A stretch of 64,000 nucleotides of DNA, taken from Eledone cirrhosa (taxonomy: Eukaryota). The position numbers and the translations under genes were made by a program. The notes beneath the pieces were generated by a model. The model saw nothing but the letters and a program-made list of their open reading frames with translations. It did not search any database and was not told where the DNA came from. The stretch is taken from contig OZ024742.1 in the NCBI GenBank assembly GCA_964016885.1, forward strand, positions 70,184,001 through 70,248,000, given 5' to 3'. This document shows, piece after piece, positions 52,110 through 64,000 of the stretch. Position 1 is the stretch's first letter. Every line of letters starts with the position of its first letter.

Positions 52110-52325
52110 TTAACTCTTTAGCATTTACATTGCTCTATATGTATTATTGTATTTTCACAGTAAACATTTTATCTCACATAATATCAAACCTATAAGATTT
52201 TGATATTATTTATTTTGAGAACAATACCGTAACATCAGTATGAATGGCCAGTTAAAGCCGGTTTGAACAGAAAGAGGTGAGAGAATTCTGGCCAGATACG
52301 GCCGGTTTAAATGCTAAAGGGTTAA
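52110..52325. mobile_element. TTAA-flanked MITE (piggyBac-like non-autonomous element)
   Basis: TTAA + C(C/T)CTTTAGCATTTA ... TAAATGCTAAAGGG + TTAA; copies at 55633 and 60082. Confidence 0.85.
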
Positions 52326-52849
52326 GTAATACGAATGCAATGTATTTCATTAGAAATAGGATAAAAAAATATTCCATATTTCCATGAAATTCATATAATT
52401 GGCCAGTTAATCAGCACTGGCTGATATTCTTTTGTTGGTTTCACTCATTAGACTGTTGCCATGCTGGGGCTCCACCTTAAAGGGAATTAGTCTATTATAT
52501 CAATACCAGTGCTTATTTTATCAATCTCTTTGTTGAACTGATAAATTGCAAGACACAAATATAAATTTAAACACACACACATGTATTTATACAATGGACT
52601 TCTACAGTTTCTGTGTACTAAATTTCCCTCACAAGGCATTGATCAATCTTAGGCTAGAGTAGAAGACACTAGAGTAGAAGACACTTACTTAAGGTGCCAC
52701 ATAGTGTAAGTGAAACTGAAATCATTATCCTCATCACCCTTTTTTGTCTGTCTTCCTTGCTGCCATGGGTAGAACGAGTTGTCACATTCTGAGAGTAGGC
52801 AGGTCAGATGGGTTTAGTTTCTGCAACTGGATGTCCTTCCTAATGTCAC

Positions 52850-53455
52850 CCACTTTACGATGTGTACTGTGTACATTTTATCATGGCACCAACAATACCA
52901 CTTTACAGTGTGTATTGGGTGTATTTTAACATGGCACCAGCATTACTACTTTACAGTGTGTACTGTATGCATTATAATCTTGGCACCAGCACTACTACTG
53001 TACAGTGTGTACTGGGTGCATTTTATCATGGTACCAGCACTACTACTGTACAATGTATACTGGGTGCATTTTATCATGGCACCAGCACTACTACTGTACA
53101 ATGTGTACTGGGTGTATTTTATCATGGCACCAGCACTACTACTGTACAGTGTGTACTGGGTGCATTTTATCATGGCACCAGCACTACTACTGTACAGTGT
53201 GTACTGGGTGCATTTTATCATGGCACCAGCACTACTACTGTACAATGTGTACTGGGTGCATTTTATCATGGCACCAACACTACTACTGTACAGTGTGTAC
53301 TGGGTGCATTTTATCATGGCACCAGCACTACTACTGTACAATGTGTACTGGGTGCATTTTATCATGGCACCAACACTACTACTTTACAGTGTACACTGTA
53401 TGCATTTTCTCATAGCACCAGCACTTCTTTACAGTATGTACTGGGTCCATTTTAT
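52850..53455 (-). repeat. 48-bp minisatellite (about 12 units) inside an RTE-tailed element
   Basis: Unit TTTTATCATGGCACCAGCACTACTACTGTACAGTGTGTACTGGGTGCA; 16-aa periodicity in the overlapping ORFs. Confidence 0.95.
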
Positions 53456-53562
53456 CTCTATTAATGTTTAAATACAAATTTTAAACAAGCAAATAACATA
53501 CTGTTTATATACTATATAAAACAAATAACATATTTTTCTGTTTACTTTTTATTTTTTTTCAG

Positions 53563-53702
53563 ATTATGAATTCCAGGTGGCTGTTGTTGAATACTTATTT
53601 CGTTCCATTTCTATGAAACGTCGTTCAAAAGCAATCTCTAATTTGTCTGATCCCAAAATATTCTCTTTCATCAATTCTATCAATGATGAAACTTTCGAAA
53701 GA
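53563..53702 (+). CDS. SYCP2: SYCP2-like coding exon 8 (DYEFQVAVVEYLFRSISMKRRSKAISNLSDPKIFSFINSINDETFER)
   Basis: Long T tract + CAG, GA|GTAAAT donor; resembles vertebrate SYCP2 GDYDLQVGIVEALCR...IKDSEFET. Confidence 0.9.
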
Positions 53703-54119
53703 GTAAATATATCTCTTAATATATTATAATGGGATATTTCTGTAAATTCTCTTTCAGTTTCAATAATTTATTATGGACTAGTGGCCCAATGCCCTCAGCA
53801 ATAATGGCAATAACATAGAATGTATTTTATTGTTAGACTCTAGGATTGATGTGTCATATATATTGCTGGATATATAAACAATCATAGAAACTTGGAAATC
53901 TGCATTTTGATGAATTAACAGTATATAGCAACCCTATAATGGAAGGGATTAAAGTTTTAAATATTTTAATCATTTATTCTTGAGATATAATTACATAAAT
54001 ATTCAATATTTATGTACAAATAAAATACAGGATTAACTGTATGAGTAACTTTGGAGAAATAACTATTTCCAGGAACTTGTGATTGGAATACAAAGTTCTT
54101 ATTGTAACAGCAATAAAGC

Positions 54120-54600
54120 CTTCCATGCCATGCTGCTTTCAATGAGATCATAAAGCACGGCTTGGATGCTGCAGGCTTCCCCTCCCAACTCATGCCGGTG
54201 TGTCTGGACTGAGGGGTCAGCAAAAGTCCATCACCATCTTCCCATTCCACGGTGGTCAACCCCTCATCTGGGATGCCACATGCACTAACACTTTCTCCAG
54301 CGGCAACCTGGTGCAGTCTGTGACTAACCCTGGCTCTGCTGCACTTCGGGTCAAAGAGGGTAAACTATCCAAATATTGGTCGCTCTCCAACAGGTTTGCA
54401 GTCGAGCCCATAGCATTTGAGACTTGTGGTGTCCTTGGCCTTAGGACCACCTCCTTAGTTGGTGTTGGCTGCCCTCAGGTGTGAACCCCATGAGTTTGAA
54501 TGGCTCTTCCAACACGTCTCCCTCACCATCCTCAGGGGAAATGCCTTGTCTATCTGTCTGCCGGGGCCACGGGACGGCCAATGCGTAGGCCCCCATTTGC
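54120..54600 (+). mobile_element. CRE-like non-LTR retrotransposon C-terminal (RLE-type endonuclease) fragment
   Basis: PFHGGQPLIWDATCTNT..KLSKY..EPIAFETCGVLG..LFQHVSLTILRGNA. Confidence 0.7.
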
Positions 54601-55335
54601 TTAGAGTAAGAGAGATGGAGACAATGATAATGGGAGCTTGCATTATTAGTTAAATTCAATGCAAGAACTTACAAGCCAGCACTGCAAACTAAAGAAACAT
54701 CCATTAATCAAGCTGGTTTTACTTAACACAGTACCAAAGAATCGAGAATTAATACAAATGCAAATTTTATGGCCAAACAGTAGCGAATATCAGCAAGCGT
54801 ATTTAGAATTTTTGAAGCCTATCTGATACAAAAACTAAACAACTTGACTGCATTGTATGTGCAAATTTTAAAGAGTTACAGATGTATATATATATATATA
54901 TATATGTATATATTTAATCCTTTTTTTACCTATTATATATATAACAGGTAAAAAAAGGATTAACATGGATAAGCAATATAATAGGGTTTATTCCAAGCAT
55001 TAACATATACTTCATCGCGTAATTAGCAATTGATTCTTGTCTTGAAACCGCTATCATCAATAATTGATTGACAATTGTGAAATTCGATTTTAAATCCATA
55101 AAACAATATAGCCACCAGGTGAATTTGCATAACATGCCACATGTATATATATATATATGTTATGTTTTTTGTTTTTGTTATTTTTTATTAAATTTAAGTA
55201 ACACAATTTTGTCTATAAATATTCATGTAAAGATTCTTTTAAAACTAATAGAATTTTATTTCTATTTTGGGTGATATTTAAACTAAGAACTCATTTGAAG
55301 ATGAATATTTATATATTTATCTTTAATTTTTGCAG

Positions 55336-55388
55336 GATTGCAGAAGATGTTTAAATGCCTTTAACAGTAACCAAGGAATATATCAGAG
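55336..55388 (+). CDS. SYCP2: SYCP2-like coding exon 9 (DCRRCLNAFNSNQGIYQ)
   Basis: TTTGCAG acceptor, AG|GTATGA donor; resembles DCRIFLNLVNGMLG. Confidence 0.9.
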
Positions 55389-55632
55389 GTATGATCAAGT
55401 AATAAATTTTATCATATATCAGCTGCATAAACTATAAAATAGGATTTCAAAAAGTAAGCTTGAAGGTTTAGTTTTGCACTACCTTGTTTTGTGTTCAAAA
55501 GCCATCTTTTAAGATAAAAGTATTTCACTGGGACTGACAAATTATTTGCCAGTGATATACTGTATAAATAATTCTCAATAATATATTATAATTATTTAAT
55601 TACCAGTAATGTATATGATACTTGATTAATCC

Positions 55633-55853
55633 TTAACCCTTTAGCATTTAAACCAGCCATATTCGGCTAGAATTCTCTCACTTTTTTCTTTTTAAATCAG
55701 CTGTAACTAGCTTCTCTTACTGATGTTAAGGTATTGTTCTCAAAATAAATAATATCAAAATCTCGTAGATTCAATATTATGTGAGATATTATGTGAGATA
55801 AAGTGTTTACCATGAAAATACAATGGTAAATATAGATTAATATAAAGGGTTAA
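55633..55853. mobile_element. TTAA MITE copy, opposite orientation to 52110 and 60082
   Basis: TTAACCCTTTAGCATTTAAACC ... AAAGGGTTAA. Confidence 0.82.
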
Positions 55854-56351
55854 TAATGTATTATAGTTTTACTTTACAAAGAAAAAATTATTATCTGATC
55901 AGGATTACAATTTTATTAAAGAATAATTATTATATGCTAACTATTATTAATTTCTCATAAAGATGGAAAGCCATGAATTTGCTTGAAATGGGTATTACAT
56001 ATTGAACAGCTCCAGTTAATAACAGTAATATGATTCTCTGACAGAAGCATACTATATTTTGTGAGCCATACTTAGTCATTAGGCCAATTACTTGCAGGCC
56101 ATAGGTTTGCTTGATCAGAGTCGACCTGGTGCTACACAACAACAACCTTGTAGAGATGAAAGACTAAGTCACAGAACTTAAAAGGACAGGAGTATTTATT
56201 GTAAAGTAGTCTTGTGCACTATTGTCTCTGTCAAACTTCTTCCTTGAATCCTTTGATCACCATCATAATATAATAAAGGGAGGAGTGTGGGACTGTGGCC
56301 TGAATATATTTTTTTATCCCGTTAGTAAAATAAGTTGGATTACTTTGAATA

Positions 56352-56536
56352 AATAATTATTTCTACTTTTGGCACAAGGCCAGCAATTACCCAATACATT
56401 ACTGGTACTTTATTTTATCGACCCCGTAAGGATGAAAGGCAAAGTTAACCTCGGCGGGATTTGAACTCAAACCATAAAGGGGCGTAACTCTTTGCTGCAA
56501 AGCATAGCGTCAGACCCTCAACCGATACTGCCAATC
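56352..56536 (-). mobile_element. SINE family B copy
   Basis: TSD TTGAATAAATAAT. Confidence 0.88.
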
Positions 56537-56779
56537 TTGAATAAATAATGAATGAATATTACATAATTTATGTACTAAATTTCGTAGTTGTTGATTAAAC
56601 ATAAATATTCTTATATATAATTGTTTCTACTATTGGCACAAGGCCAGCAATTATCCCAGTGCATTACAGGTGATTGCTTATTTTAAGATTCACTTCTTTT
56701 AAATTTTTCAGATGCTCTATAAAGAGTCATGGGCACTGATTTTTCTCTCTCTGACTAAGCAGCAAAAACATAAGTGGCT

Positions 56780-57520
56780 TCTTACTCACATTCTGTCAAC
56801 TCAGTATTGTCCCCTACACTCTTCCTTTTATGCATCAATGATCTACTTGCCAACACTCCAATAGTGGCTTCTACTATGCAGATGATAATAATCCTTCTTT
56901 CCTCCCTAATCTGCACACAAGCACCATCTATATGCATCTTAGATACTCCACCCCAAATTTACACTGACTCTAAAAACAGGGGTCTCAAAAACATGCTCCA
57001 GTAAGGTTATTCCTATCTTGTCTCCTTCAATACAAGAAAATATACAGCCACTGCTCATGTCAAGGAAACATTATTGCATATCACCTCCAAACATGAGTAG
57101 CATGCAACTAGGGGCCTTGTGATTGTTTGAAATGTTGACCTCACTATCATTGAGTATCTCTTTTAATATAGCAAAGATTGAGACAGTGGTGTTGCTACAT
57201 AGAAAAAATTAATGGATCACATTCAGTGAAAGGCCACTTGGCTGATTAATATGAAGCTAGAGTTAGTCACAAACACACTCCAATGTCTGGCCCACAGCCA
57301 TGCTACTCCTTTGTATTTTCTATCATAACCTCTACTCCTCAAAGCTGTCTGATCTCATGCCATCTCCACTAATATCATCATCAATATCATGTCCAAATTT
57401 TCAGTCCCAGCATAACCACTATGTCCAGTCTCTTCTCAGTGTCAACTCTCTGGAATTCACACCATGCACATATCTTTCTGCAGTTATTAATTTGCAGCAG
57501 TTTAAGGGGAAAATAATGGC
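56780..57520 (+). mobile_element. Old LINE RT fragment (CR1/Jockey-group-like)
   Basis: SVLSPTLFLLCINDL followed by TATGCAGATGAT (YADD). Confidence 0.6.
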
Positions 57521-58424
57521 ATCAACTTCAGTGGTCTTGGAGGGCTTGCAAATACCATGGGCAGAGCTCCTTCCTCAAGACCAGACTAATGAAAAAATTG
57601 ACATATTGCTAACCAATGTTTCTATCACTTACATTATCTGGGTTTAGACCATTAAATAAACCAAATTATATCTTATTTGATATATGTTTTTTTAAATGAA
57701 AAAATTGAAATCTGAAGACATGCTTACTTAGTTTTATATTTGGTATATAGTAAGGATGGAGGAAAGGTGAAAAAGAAAGAGATAAAGTATTGATGGGACA
57801 CTAGAGATATTGGTTCATATGGGTGAGTGATGGTGGTGGAAAGGAAGAGACAAAGTTTGTAGCTTTTATAGGAAGAATGAGGAGTTAAATAATTACTTAT
57901 ATCTTTTTACAACTACAAGTTGAAACACCCAAGGACCTTGTTATTACAAACGATTATAAGAAAACACCTTAGTTGATGTGTTTGTTGCTTCGTACTTGCA
58001 GCGAGATGCTTCTGACTTCCATGATATAAATAAATTGTCTCTTTAACACTCAATTCTCTATAAATATAAATTTATTGTTGAAAGCTGATTTTCTGTACAG
58101 ACAATAGAATATCTCACATAGCAGATAGGCCTTAGAAGAAAATGGACGAAATGTAGAACATGGTTTGTTGATAACTGTTCTATTCCTTCTAACGGATTAT
58201 GGAAGGAATATAGTAGGTGTTATCCTGTAGTAAGTCTTTTCATCTCCCTGGTCTGGTTCCTCTCTTTTCTCATGTGCAGTGGTTTTCACGAGTAGGTGGC
58301 AATGTATTCATATGCGACTTGCTATTGGTCTGTTTAACTGAATTGCGTGTGAAATGTTGCTATTGCGAGGTATGACGTAGTTCCATTACACTTTTTTTAG
58401 TATTAATTTGTTTTTTTAATCATC

Positions 58425-59425
58425 AGTTATAAATATGAATGGAAAGGCCTTATTAGGCTTCTGTTCTAGCAATGGACTCTATTATGAACATTTTCTTCGA
58501 GCACAGAGACATCCATAAATATACATGGTATGAGAAGAATCAAGGACAGAGATCAATAATTGATTTTGTTATTGTCTCAGATTTCTTGAATTCTGTGCAA
58601 GATATTCGTGTTAAGAGAGGGACTGAGCTGTTAACTGATCACCACCTACTTATCTGTAACTTGATACTACCTAAAGCCAGAGAAGCTCACAAAAGTGACA
58701 AGCCCAAGTCGATCTACAGGATAAATTGAGAAGCGTTGGTGGATAAGGGAGTCAAGATCAGGTATGCAGATACTATTGCATCCAAATTTAGAGAACTCCC
58801 TGAGCAAATTGAGGACATTGAAACGGAGTGGAGACTCTTTAGCTCAGCAGTTTCTGCTTCAGCTGTTACATGTGGGTGAAAGCAGCTTGGTGTGGTGCCC
58901 GGTTCAATCAATGGGTGTAAGATGCCATCAAAGCTTGGCTTGGAAATGAGTCCTCCTTCTTGCACTTGAGGTACAAGCAGGCGCAAAAAATTGCAGAGTC
59001 AGAAAAGGTGTCCAAAGTTAAGACATGGGAGGACTTTGGGGTTAAGCTGGAATCTGACTTCAGATCAGCAAATAAAGTGTTCTGGCAAACCATCCACTAA
59101 CTTCGTAATAAGAAGCCCTCTTTCATGCCTACTATCAGGAACACATCTGATCTGGGGTTCTCCTCTCCTTGAAGAGGTGCATCCTTGCAAAGTGTAGAGA
59201 ATACTTTGCTGATCTTGTTAAGCCTTCCTGGTAAAATATATGCCAAGTGTCTGGTAAAGAGATATAGGGAGATTGTTGGACCCAAGCTAGCTGACAAACA
59301 GTGTGGCTTTTGCTCCGGATGCAGCATATCTAACCAAATATTAACAATGCAGCAGGTCTATGAGAAATCATGGGAATACTATGGTAAGGTGTATTCTTGC
59401 TTCATAGACCTCAAAAAGGCATAGT
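58425..59425 (+). mobile_element. Second RTE family, endonuclease-to-RT fragment with deletions
   Basis: NIFFEHRDIHKYTWY..RSIIDFVIV..TDHHL; LSLPGKIYAK..QCGF..FIDLKKA. Confidence 0.88.
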
Positions 59426-59924
59426 GTAGCCAGGGAGGGAAGGGCTGATTCTGACATTTTTCAAGGCCACAGAGTCAAGTGGGCAGGAGGAAGGAAGATA
59501 TCCTCAAACCAAAGACTTAGTCTAAATGCTTGCAATGACACCCAAGGGTCAGGTGAAGGTGTTAAAACATGTGATAGATTAAGTCTACCACCCAAGTGGA
59601 CCACACTGGAATTTAAACTAAGAACACAAAGAGTCTGAACAAATATTACAAGTCATTTCGTCCAATAATTTAATAATTCTGCTAATCTACCTCCCTGAAC
59701 TGGTACTTTGTTTAATCAACCCCAGACAGGTGAAAGGCAAAGTTGACTCCAGTGGGATTTGAACTTAAAATGAAAAGAGCTGAAACAAATACTGCAAGGT
59801 ATTCTGTCGTATGCTCTAATTACTTGGCCAATTTACCCCCTAACTCTAACCAATTTAGGAATTTGTACAGCATTCAGTGTCTTTGAAAATATTTTAACAT
59901 AATCTTTTTACTTTTATCTTGCAG

Positions 59925-59970
59925 TGTATTTTCAATTCCTTGTAGTGATATTTCTTTTGGAAACCTAAAG
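59925..59970 (+). CDS. SYCP2: SYCP2-like coding exon 10 (SVFSIPCSDISFGNLK)
   Basis: CTTGCAG acceptor, AAG|GTATGT donor; phase 2 to 0; resembles RVFTFPCLSAFL. Confidence 0.88.
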
Positions 59971-60081
59971 GTATGTCACCTTCTTAGAAGGCTATACTTA
60001 GCAACATGCTATTTAATCTTTTATCTTTTCTTTTCTCAAACATTAATGAAAATTTATTTAACTTTGTTTTAAATATTTTCC

Positions 60082-60281
60082 TTAACTCTTTAGCATTTAC
60101 ATTACTCTATATATTTACTATTATATTTTCACGGTAATATTGAATCTACGAGATTTTGATGTTATTTATTTTGAGAACAATACCTTAACATCAGTATAAG
60201 ATGCCAGTTACAGCCGGTTTGAACAGGAAGAGGTGAGAGAATTCTGGCCAGATATGGCTGGTTTAAATGCTAAAGGGTTAA
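60082..60281. mobile_element. TTAA MITE copy
   Basis: Same TIRs and body as 52110. Confidence 0.85.
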
Positions 60282-62511
60282 AACTTATTCTTGTGTTCAT
60301 CAATGAGGTTTATTATAACTTACAGTATGATTTATTACAAACACCTGCATATATTATTACATAAACTCCAGTAAGATTTATTATAAACATCGTGATGTAT
60401 TATTACCTCCAGTATTTTTTTTTTATGAATGTAACTATAATAAAAGGTAATAACAGAAATGTTGTTGTTTAGGGATCCCTGATCCAATAGATCTATCATT
60501 AAAGGTGTTCCAACCATGACTACCCCATCTTTTATTTTTTCAGGCAGTATAACTAATACTACATTATATTATATGTCCTTCCTTTTTAAGATGGTTAAAT
60601 GTGATTTGAAGGAGATTTGGTTTCTCTTTCATGCAAGTCAAGACAAGGAGTATGGGTGCATTTTATCATTACATCAACACTGGGAAAATTGTGATGCCCT
60701 TGATACAACTAAAAATTCCTCTTGGCTCTTTATTTGGCATGGTTTCTATGACTATGCTTTTCTTAATACCCACCACTTTACAGAGTGTACTGGATGCATT
60801 TTATTATGACATCAGCAAAAGGGAGGCTGTCATATCCTTGACACAACGGAGAGTTCTTCCAAACCCTTTGTTTAGTATATGTAAAATAATAGATACACTT
60901 TAGTGACAAAGTGTTTTAAATACAGTATAACATTCTCTCTATTCGCCACATCACCATCATCATCATCACCATTCAATGTCCATTTTCCATGCTAACATGG
61001 ATTAGACTAATTGTCCCATTGTGAGATCAGGTGACGATCTGTTTCTGGCTTGGTTTCTACAGCTGGATGCTCTTCTTAACGCCAACCACATTTACAAAAT
61101 TGATGTCCTCAGAGAAAGGAGTGCCTCATAGATAGTTAACAGGATTAACTGTATGTAGCCAAGGAATCAAGAAAACTAAATCTAAATTTACTTGTATATT
61201 TGAGAACAAAATGTGAAGAAGAAATATTTTCTGGGGTTATGTGTATGAATGTAATGAATGTAGTATGTGTAATTAATACAGATATACGAACTACAAATGA
61301 TTTATTGCTAGTGAACAAACTGAGAAGAGATAAAGTGAACTTTTTATATTATACTTTTTTTGCTCTTTATTTAGTAAGGGATGGAAAAACAATGCTCATA
61401 GCCCCTGTTCAGGGCATCTGAGATTAGTGGCTGAACAATTTTGACATTTCTTTATTGATCTTAAGAAACATTTAACAGTGTTTTGGGAGAGCAGCAAGAA
61501 AGCTATTTTTGAATGGTTAAATTATGTCTGCATTGGTAGAAAACTCAGTAAAGATTGTTGTGTACATATAGGTATCAGTTAAAGCTCTGTAGTTCCTCTG
61601 CACTTTAGTCTAGTGCTTGTAGATCTTATACAAGAGTTGAAAACAATCTTATAGCTTATCTAGTTGACTACATGCTCATCATTAGTGAATCTGTGAAAAT
61701 AATACTAAATTAGAACAAAAGCTGGAAGAGTGGAGTTGTCACTATTTACAACCTTCCAACATAATTTTCATTTCTTAAAATTCTGGCTGCACCTGAAACA
61801 TTAGAACCTATCTCTTCTCTCAACATACATACTTTTATGACCTAGTATTCAGTAGCTAAACACCTTAATTTTACAATCATTATACCTTTTATTGACAACA
61901 CTGTAGGAAATTGGAGGAATGTTCATACAGATAACAATAATGATTAATTACATGTAAAACCTTCCTTTTTATTTCCAACCAAGTTCTCTTTCAATTTAGT
62001 TGGTAGAATATCATCATCATCACTGTCAAGCAACAATAATTACACAACATGTGGTCTGAGAATACAGGTTAGAAAATAAGTTAGAGTTCAGATAAGAATA
62101 TAACAGATTTTATTTTACAAGATCAATCAAAGCAAAGTTTACATAAATTTGATGCGAAATGTACGCAAGATATTTTTGTGTTTTACAAAGTCAATTGTGC
62201 TGGAGAAAGTGTTTATATATATTTTCTTATTTGTGTGCAAGCAAATAAATGGCTATTATAAAAGAGAAAACTTAAATAAACTTATTTGTATTTAAATTAG
62301 TGTAAATTATTCTGTCAAAGCTAAACCAAAGGTGATATCTTAAACAGAAAGAGTACCAAATAAAACAAAACAGCAGTTGCAATTGCCAAAAAGAGACTTA
62401 TAGACTATCAGTCTTTGATTGGCTAAAATAACACGTCTGACATTGATCTCATTAACCACCCTCCTTTATATTTGTCTCTGAATCCACCAATTTCTTTTAT
62501 TCTGCTTCTAG

Positions 62512-62619
62512 CTGAGTATGCCAAAAGATGAAAGCTATAAACATTTCTGGGTTGATTTTAATTCCACCAGTCAACGTATAACTTTCTACTGTGAGCAGAT
62601 TAATGCTGATGAAGATTTT
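62512..62619 (+). CDS. SYCP2: SYCP2-like coding exon 11 (LSMPKDESYKHFWVDFNSTSQRITFYCEQINADEDF); gene continues beyond the window
   Basis: TTCTAG acceptor, TTT|GTAAGA donor; resembles vertebrate [26 protein letters not shown]. Confidence 0.92.
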
Positions 62620-64000
62620 GTAAGATATTTTTATATTTTATTTACATTAGAGTTGATTAACAGTAATTTATCCTCATTTATTACTAAATTATTGATCTCT
62701 AAATAGTAGATTTTTAAAAAATCTTTTTTAGAGTAGGTGGAGCAGTATCAATGTCATTTTTCAGGCTTTCCAAAACCAGTGAGAGGGAAGAAAGTAGCTC
62801 CAAACTAAAGATCTGGCTTGAATGCTTGTGACAGAGTGGGCTCTGCTAAAGGCACTTAATATGTAAACAGATTAAGGTTTACTACTTAAATAGGCCACTG
62901 TGAGATTTGAACTCAGAATACAAAGTGCGGGAAGAAATACTGTAAGGCATCTTGTCCAGTGCTCTAACAATTCCACTAATCCACTCTACTTCAATTGTAC
63001 ACTAATTTCTCATTGACATATCTTTCTGGATAGTTCACAAATAAAACCTCAAAGTCTCAACAATTACTAGACCTTACTATCTCTGAATAACTTTCTTGGT
63101 AATAGTGTGACTAAAATTGTCAAAACCACATCTCGCTGGCTGGAACAGAAATGTTTCACCACTAATCAGTTACTGATGCTCCACAAAGTAAGATCCACAC
63201 TAGTGTACAGCTCACACAACACGATGCAGACATGACTGAGTGTTAAGAAGTTTGCAAGTTTGACTACACTGCATGGCATCTTAGACAAGTGTCTTTACCA
63301 TAATCTCAGGACAACCCAAGCTTTATAAGTGAAATTGAGCTGGTGGAAACTGGAATTGCATCTGTAATTCAAAGGAATTGTATCTGTAATTCAAAAGTCA
63401 CATATTGTGTCATGGTGATTTGACATGAGAATTATGTTAAGTGTACATGCGTCTGTGGAATACTCAACCACTTACAGATTAATTTATGAGCTGGATGTTC
63501 AGTTGATCAAACAACTGAATGCTCATCTTCAAAACCATTGCTACTCGTACAAACATCCTAAATCCTATCCTAAATAAAGCAAATATTGAATCAGTAATAC
63601 TATGGTTTCTGTTCTTCAGCACTTGCAACTTTGCACCATTACTTCCCCAAGACACACATGACCTACCCATCTCCTTTCCTCCCATCAGAATTACTGAGTC
63701 TCTTCACATTCAACAACTTCAATTCCTTCCTCCCTAGAATGCAACCATCAGGAATTAACTTTTCACCCACAATTTTTCCCACAGATACAAAGCTTCAAAT
63801 GTTATAACCAAACATTAACTGCATCCATCACAACAGTTTGAGAGGATCTTTCAAAAGACAATGGCATTACCCCATTTTCATTAACTTTTTAAAAATATGA
63901 AAAAGATTAGTATTGTTATTGGATGATTAAAATGAAGGGAAAATGCCTTTGTGGTATTTGTTGTGACTCTTTACATTCTCAGATTATTTCCCACTGAGGT

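Noticed and set aside
52860-53471. Long ORFs (200-203 aa) in several frames with Cys/His/Tyr repeats, superficially like a CRISPR array or metallothionein
   Set aside because: They are translations of a 48-bp tandem repeat with no unique spacers, no cas genes and a eukaryotic intronic context

Overview
AT-rich, intron- and repeat-rich animal genomic DNA with no prokaryotic features. The SINE families, (GAT)n-tailed RTE elements and microsatellites look like octopus/coleoid cephalopod DNA; this is an inference from repeat recognition. The main host feature is largely missed by the ORF track: a spliced + strand gene with 11 coding exons (36959-62619) that I reconstructed by hand. It encodes the N-terminal armadillo-like and PH/Spt16M-like region of synaptonemal complex protein 2 (SYCP2) and continues past the window end. 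The rest is mostly transposable elements: a gag-knuckle LINE ORF1 (1-1790), a young 5'-truncated RTE LINE with a PHD-type finger (7476-10320), many RTE/CR1/CRE-like fragments, a decayed Gypsy element, two mariner relics, TTAA-flanked MITEs, at least three tRNA-derived SINE families and minisatellites. The most unusual signals are minimal hammerhead-ribozyme cores in Penelope-like/retrozyme-like repeats, a possible non-canonical AT-AT intron in SYCP2, a 127-bp-arm intronic hairpin just upstream of a 25-nt microexon, and a SINE-borne ~48-bp unit that seeds minisatellites. I see no firm evidence of a wholly new multi-gene system.
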